Shown: positions 26,923 to 31,367 of the stretch, piece by piece
How positions within the stretch are numbered: the first letter of the stretch is position 1
Layout: each line of letters begins with the position of its first letter
NCBI GenBank assembly: GCA_039798785.1
Contig: JBDKFG010000060.1
Coordinates: 1 to 31,367, forward strand
DNA from: Verrucomicrobiota bacterium
GTDB lineage: Bacteria > Verrucomicrobiota > Lentisphaeria > Lentisphaerales > Lentisphaeraceae
Reading direction: 5' to 3'
Length of the DNA stretch: 31,367 bases
Program-made: the position numbers and the translations under genes
The notes under the pieces: generated by a model
Told to the model about the DNA's origin: nothing
Database searches by the model: none
The model's input: the letters and a program-made list of their open reading frames with translations, nothing else

Positions 26923-27108
26923 GGAAAATAATTCGACCTGTATCACTCCAAATCAAGCTCAGATGAACTGCAGAAGACGAAGGAGAACGCAGAAAGAGTG
27001 ATCGATAAAGCGCGAAACGCTCACTTTTGTGCTCTATGTGCCTTTTGTGGCCATCTGCTCTCTTTACCTCATTCGTTCCTTCGCATGATACAGTTCGAAA
27101 TAATTTCC
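26923..27108. mobile_element. 186-bp MITE-like element with 23-bp terminal inverted repeats and an internal hairpin
   Basis: GGAAAATAATTCGACCTGTATCA (26923-26945) vs TGATACAGTTCGAAATAATTTCC (27086-27108), 20/23 complementary; inner imperfect arms 26960-27001 and 27021-27057. Confidence 0.5.
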
Positions 27109-27322
27109 AGTTCTCGAACTGAGCGATCCCAAATCATCAAGGCGCTTCTTTGAGGATGCTTGGTCAGCGACGCGATTTGAGCGTGGCCCCAATACGATGG
27201 TCATCTTCGTCGATTTTTCGCAAAAGCCAGTCGCGCGGGGCGCCGAAGCAAGTGGTGGAGCGCGCCCTAAGCTTCTCGACGAGCTTCATTTGGAAGACGA
27301 AGGACGGAGCGGACTCCGGCAA

Positions 27323-27356
27323 GCCCAAGGGTGCCCATGATTGGGCACCCTTGGGC
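27323..27356. terminator. Perfect 15-bp stem hairpin between convergent genes
   Basis: GCCCAAGGGTGCCCA-TGAT-TGGGCACCCTTGGGC; no long U-tract on either strand. Confidence 0.55.
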
Positions 27357-27438
27357 GTTCAGGCAGACTGCCGCGATTTTACTCTACCCGGCAAGGGATT
27401 TACTCGGGATGGGGGAGACAAGAGGCTTACGAACAATT

Positions 27439-29154
27439 TCAGCGGGTGATCTCGTTGATGATCTCGCCGACGGCTGCAGCCACCTCGGGGTCAGGATTGC
27501 GGAGCTGCTGGCGAAGGGCTGGAACTCCGGCAGCGCCCAGCGCCAGCAAGGCCTTGCGCGCCTCGATGCGCTGCTTAGGGGCGCCGGCCAGCCCCGTGCA
27601 TAGCGATTCGACCTTGGCAAGGATTTCGGGGGCGATGGCGAGATGCTTCTTCGCACGGCCAAAACCCTCCCGTTCGCTGAGCTTTCGGAACGCCGCCTCG
27701 TCGAGTCGGAGAAACTCGCCGCCCGCACTCAGGCAGTAGTAGCCGCCGTCGACGAGATTCTCGGCGGCGAAAAGGATCTCGGCCTTGGCGTCGAGCGGCA
27801 GGGCGCCGGCGTAGCGGATCGGGCCGACGGCTTTGCCTAGATACCCTCGAGCCATCAATTCGCCGATTGCCTCGCCGCGGCTATGACGTTCCATTATCTC
27901 GTGCATTGGGACTTCTTGAGAGTCCTCCGGACCAGACCTGTAGGTTTCGGGGTATTGACCGAGGGATCCTTGGATCGCGTCCGCCCGCAGGCGCAGTCGT
28001 TCGTCATCGAACTTTTTCTTCACGATCTTCTCGATTCCCTTGAGCAGATCGGCCCCCAAACGGTGTCTTCCATCGCTCACGTCGACGATTTGGAGCCCGC
28101 CTCCAGCTCCCTTCCGCAGGAAGAAGGTCACCGCACCGCCTAGTGGGTCCTTAAACTCGACCAAGAGCAATCCAGCATCGACGCCTTCCCCCGCCTTCTC
28201 CGAGACGTAGTTAGCCGGGACCTGGAATTTCTGGCATAAACTGGGGTTGACTTCCGCCGACATCAAGATTTTCATTGCGCCGCCGATGCAGTTGCGGAGC
28301 TTGGCCTCCTCGCCAGCCTGCGCCAGGGCGGTCATCCGGTTGAAGAAGGCTTTGCCAGGACCTTCCTTGTTTCCAACCGCGGCCAGCTTGGGGACCTCGT
28401 TCTTGTCGCCATTGTTTGATTTTGCCAAAAGGCGCATTTCATTCGATGTGGGCGTCCCAAGCGCTTGATCTACGCTCGGCCTCTCGCCCGTATCCGCAGC
28501 TTCATCTTCGAGCTTCGGATCGTTTGGACGTGAACGAAAATGTTCGTCGAGAGCTGCTTTGGCTTGTGCATTTCCCTTTTGTGCGGCGCCCTTCAATCCC
28601 GTGGCTGCAGCATAACGCACTAAAATGTCATCATGGGTCATGAGCAAGTGAATGAGAAAGTCCACTGCTGGCTGGATGTTGGCGGATGCAGGCTCAATCA
28701 AGTTTCCCACATCCTTCTCGTTGATGAGAATATCGAGTGATTTTTTATGCCCAGCTGTTGCTGCGATACCCAATCCCACCATGGCGAATGAGAAAACTCC
28801 TTTTTTGGTTGCTCCTGCTTTCAAGGCGTCGAAGGCAAACACATTCCCTTTTGCGCATTCCTTACCCAGTAAATCAAAAGCTTCACTCACCAGTAAGAAA
28901 TTGGTATTTATATTATTAGCAGGGTCGCGATATAGATCCTCATGCGTGGCGCACAGGATATCAAAAGCCTTCTTGTCACCGTCGCAGATGGATTTTGCCA
29001 GAGCCCGCATCGCCTCTGCAGTGGGTTTCTCGATCGCTTTGGCGGCTTTCGATGGCTCGTTCGGAACTGTGACGACTGTGGCGTCCTGGGTCTTTGCGTG
29101 AAGCCATGCAGGGTTAAACAAAAGTCCGAAAGCGAGGAAAATGTTGCATTTCAT
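27439..29154 (-). CDS. Secreted hypothetical mosaic protein with HEAT-like repeats
   Basis: Start moved to 29154 (signal peptide MKCNIFLAFGLLFNPAWLHA); HEAT-like DDILVRYAAATGL and RIEARKALLALGAAGVPALRQQLRNPDPEV. Confidence 0.7.
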   Translation of the reverse strand: MKCNIFLAFGLLFNPAWLHAKTQDATVVTVPNEPSKAAKAIEKPTAEAMRALAKSICDGDKKAFDILCATHEDLYRDPANNINTNFLLVSEAFDLLGKECAKGNVFAFDALKAGATKKGVFSFAMVGLGIAATAGHKKSLDILINEKDVGNLIEPASANIQPAVDFLIHLLMTHDDILVRYAAATGLKGAAQKGNAQAKAALDEHFRSRPNDPKLEDEAADTGERPSVDQALGTPTSNEMRLLAKSNNGDKNEVPKLAAVGNKEGPGKAFFNRMTALAQAGEEAKLRNCIGGAMKILMSAEVNPSLCQKFQVPANYVSEKAGEGVDAGLLLVEFKDPLGGAVTFFLRKGAGGGLQIVDVSDGRHRLGADLLKGIEKIVKKKFDDERLRLRADAIQGSLGQYPETYRSGPEDSQEVPMHEIMERHSRGEAIGELMARGYLGKAVGPIRYAGALPLDAKAEILFAAENLVDGGYYCLSAGGEFLRLDEAAFRKLSEREGFGRAKKHLAIAPEILAKVESLCTGLAGAPKQRIEARKALLALGAAGVPALRQQLRNPDPEVAAAVGEIINEITR

Positions 29155-29607
29155 GTGCTTAAGCCCTTTTTTATTTTCAATTTTTGGGGTTTTGGTTTCT
29201 TGTCTTGTCAAGTTTCACAAAGAAGCGATCAGTTTTTGTCTCTTCTCGAAATCTAGAATTGACAGATTGACCTCCCCCAGCGACTTGTGACACATTAGGT
29301 GCACGTGACGTACTCAAGTATTATGACATGGAGTCACCTCCTTTGGCTGTTGTATGCATGCCGCTCCTACTGTTGGCAGTAATCTATGCAGGCCCCCCGA
29401 TCATAGGAAACGAAAAAAAATCTGGCTCGAGCATTGATAAAATCGATGAACTCCGGGGCGGCTCCTCGACCCATTCCGCTTGGGAAGAGCTCCCTCACCC
29501 GAGGCACTGCTTGACCTCTTTCGCGGAGCGCAGCCCCCTCCAGCACCCGCAAAGGCAGACTTTCCCCTTGTCGTCAAACACTAGGGGGAATTCACCTGTT
29601 GAGGGAA

Positions 29608-29653
29608 TGTAAGATGTAAGACGATGTTTAATTTTTGTGTCATGTGTAAGATG
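29608..29653. promoter_or_regulatory. Three TGTAAGA direct repeats upstream of cstA
   Basis: TGTAAGA at 29608, 29615 and 29645; TGTAAGATG occurs at 29608 and 29645. Confidence 0.4.
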
Positions 29654-29718
29654 CTGCAGGAACTCCCACTAGTTAGTTTACGTCGTCCGTAAAATTCACT
29701 CGACAACCTGAGATTCGA

Positions 29719-31367
29719 ATGCAAAAACTGATCTGGCTCTTCCTCTCCCCCCTCGGCGCCGCCTCGATGGGCGTGCTCGCCCTCAATCGCGGCGAAACCG
29801 TCTCCGCCGCCTGGCTCGTCGTCGCGGCGCTCTGCACCCACCTCGTCGCCTACCGCTTCTACTCGAAATACATCGCCGGCAAGTTCCTCCAGCTCGATGA
29901 CTCGCGCCGCACCCCGGCGCACGAGAAGAACGACGGCATGGACTTCGTCCCCACCTCCAAGGGCGTGCTCTTCGGCCACCACTTCGCCGCCATCGCCGGC
30001 GCCGGTCCCTTGATGGGCCCGGTCCTCGCCGCCCAGCTCGGCTACCTGCCCGGCACCCTGTGGATCCTCGCCGGCGCGGTCTTCTGCGGCGCGGTGCAGG
30101 ACTTCACCGTCCTGGTCATCTCCTCGCGACGCGGCGCCCGCTCGCTGCCCGAGATGATCAAGGACGAAATGGGCAAACCCGCCGGACTTTGCTGCGGCAT
30201 CGGCATCATGGGGATCGTCCTCGTCCTCCTCGCGGTCCTCGCCTTCGTCGTCACCAACGCCCTCGCTGAATCGCCCTGGGGCACCTTCACCGTGCTCGCC
30301 ACCATTCCCATCGCCCTCTTGATGGGCCTGTGGACCCGCTACCTCCGTCCCGGCGCGGTGCTCGAGGCGACGGCGATCGGCATCCTCTTGCTGCTCGGCT
30401 CGATCCTCTTCGGCGGCAAGCTCGAAGCTCTCGGCTGGAGCGAGCATTTCCTCTTCAGCAAGACCCAGATCGCCTGGGGCCTGATCGTCTACGGCGCCCT
30501 CGCCTCGATCCTGCCGGTCTGGCTCCTGCTCGCTCCTCGCGACTACCTGTCGACCTTCCTCAAACTCGGCGTCATCGTCCTCCTCGGCGCCGGCATCCTG
30601 ATCAGCCTGCCGGATCTGCACATGCCGGCGATCAGCAAGTTCATCGACGGCTCCGGCCCGGTCTTCGCCGGCAACCTCTTCCCCTTCATGTTCATCACCA
30701 TCGCCTGCGGTGCGGTCTCCGGCTTCCACTCCCTCGTTTCCTCCGGCACCACGCCGAAACTGCTCGACAAGGAATCCCACGCGCGGCCGATCGGCTACGG
30801 CGCCATGCTCTGCGAATCCGGCGTCGCCATCATGGCGATGATCTGCGCCTGCATGCTCCAGCCCGGTCTCTACTTCGCCGTCAACACCCCCGCCGCGGTT
30901 CTCGGGCCCGATGCCGTCGCCGCCTGCGCCAAGATCAGCGAATGGGGCTTCAAGATCACCCCCGAGGAACTGCAGGCGGCGACCGTCGCCATCGGCGAAC
31001 ACTCCTTGCTCTCGAAAGTCGGCGGCGCCCCCACCTTCGCCCTCGGCACCGCCTTCATCCTCAATGAGGCCTTCGGCGGCACCGCCGCCTTCTGGTATCA
31101 CTTCGCCATCCTCTTCGAAGCGCTCTTCATCCTCACCACCATCGACGCCGGCACCCGCGTCGCCCGCTTCCTCGCGCAAGACCTCCTCGGACGCCTCCAC
31201 CCCGCCCTCGGCAACACCTCTTCCTGGCCAGCCAACATCCTCGCCACCCTGCTCGTCGTCGCCGGTTGGGGCTGGTTCCTCTTGCAAGGTCTCGCCGACC
31301 CCTTCGGCGGGGTCAAGGCCCTCTGGCCGATGTTCGGCATCGCCAACCAGATCCTCGCCGCCATCGC
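29719..31367 (+). CDS. cstA: Carbon starvation protein A family transporter, 3'-truncated by the window edge
   Basis: Read directly from the DNA: MQKLIW...ALNRGETVSAAWLVVAA...AYRFYSKYI...TPAHEKNDGMDFVPT...LFGHHFAAIAGAGPLMGPVLAAQLGYLPG...LLAPRDYLSTF...ACGAVSGFHSL...LWPMFGIANQ. Absent from the ORF track because it has no stop in the window. Confidence 0.95.
   Translation, partial: MQKLIWLFLSPLGAASMGVLALNRGETVSAAWLVVAALCTHLVAYRFYSKYIAGKFLQLDDSRRTPAHEKNDGMDFVPTSKGVLFGHHFAAIAGAGPLMGPVLAAQLGYLPGTLWILAGAVFCGAVQDFTVLVISSRRGARSLPEMIKDEMGKPAGLCCGIGIMGIVLVLLAVLAFVVTNALAESPWGTFTVLATIPIALLMGLWTRYLRPGAVLEATAIGILLLLGSILFGGKLEALGWSEHFLFSKTQIAWGLIVYGALASILPVWLLLAPRDYLSTFLKLGVIVLLGAGILISLPDLHMPAISKFIDGSGPVFAGNLFPFMFITIACGAVSGFHSLVSSGTTPKLLDKESHARPIGYGAMLCESGVAIMAMICACMLQPGLYFAVNTPAAVLGPDAVAACAKISEWGFKITPEELQAATVAIGEHSLLSKVGGAPTFALGTAFILNEAFGGTAAFWYHFAILFEALFILTTIDAGTRVARFLAQDLLGRLHPALGNTSSWPANILATLLVVAGWGWFLLQGLADPFGGVKALWPMFGIANQILAAI

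Noticed and set aside
27150..27449. Small ORFs between rhaM and the mosaic gene
   Set aside because: No RBS or recognisable motif, and they run through a perfect hairpin; treated as non-coding.
29581..31287. 568-aa minus-strand ORF
   Set aside because: Antisense shadow of the clearly recognisable cstA on the + strand.

Overview
GC-rich bacterial DNA, probably PVC superphylum (inferred from the PSCyt1/DUF1549/DUF1553 + DUF1501 pair and the Zn-ribbon Ser/Thr kinase). It contains: the 3' end of a DUF1670 gene; a sugar-acid catabolic module (split UxaA-family dehydratase divergent from a GntR/FadR regulator, an RraA-family protein and a FucP permease, with a perfect 16-bp operator palindrome); a 2.67-kb segment bounded by perfect 15-bp inverted repeats that carries a two-domain esterase and a deleted, frameshifted GH95 remnant; two secreted clan-D (GH36-like) glycosidases and an AraC regulator; a tightly coupled three-gene operon (FGE/SUMF1-fold protein, orphan PstS lipoprotein with a SHOCT-like insert, membrane Ser/Thr kinase with a lamin-tail-like ectodomain); an orphan receiver gene and a decayed IS21; a PAS-AraC regulator divergent from a PSD1-cytochrome/NHL/DUF1501/mutarotase cluster; a MITE-like nested hairpin; a mosaic HEAT-repeat protein; and the 5' part of cstA, which the ORF track omits. 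The best candidate for an undescribed system is the FGE-PstS-kinase operon (14743-19369), a possible phosphate-sensing Ser/Thr signalling module. No rRNA, tRNA or CRISPR array was seen. All family calls are from motif recognition by eye; no database search was run.
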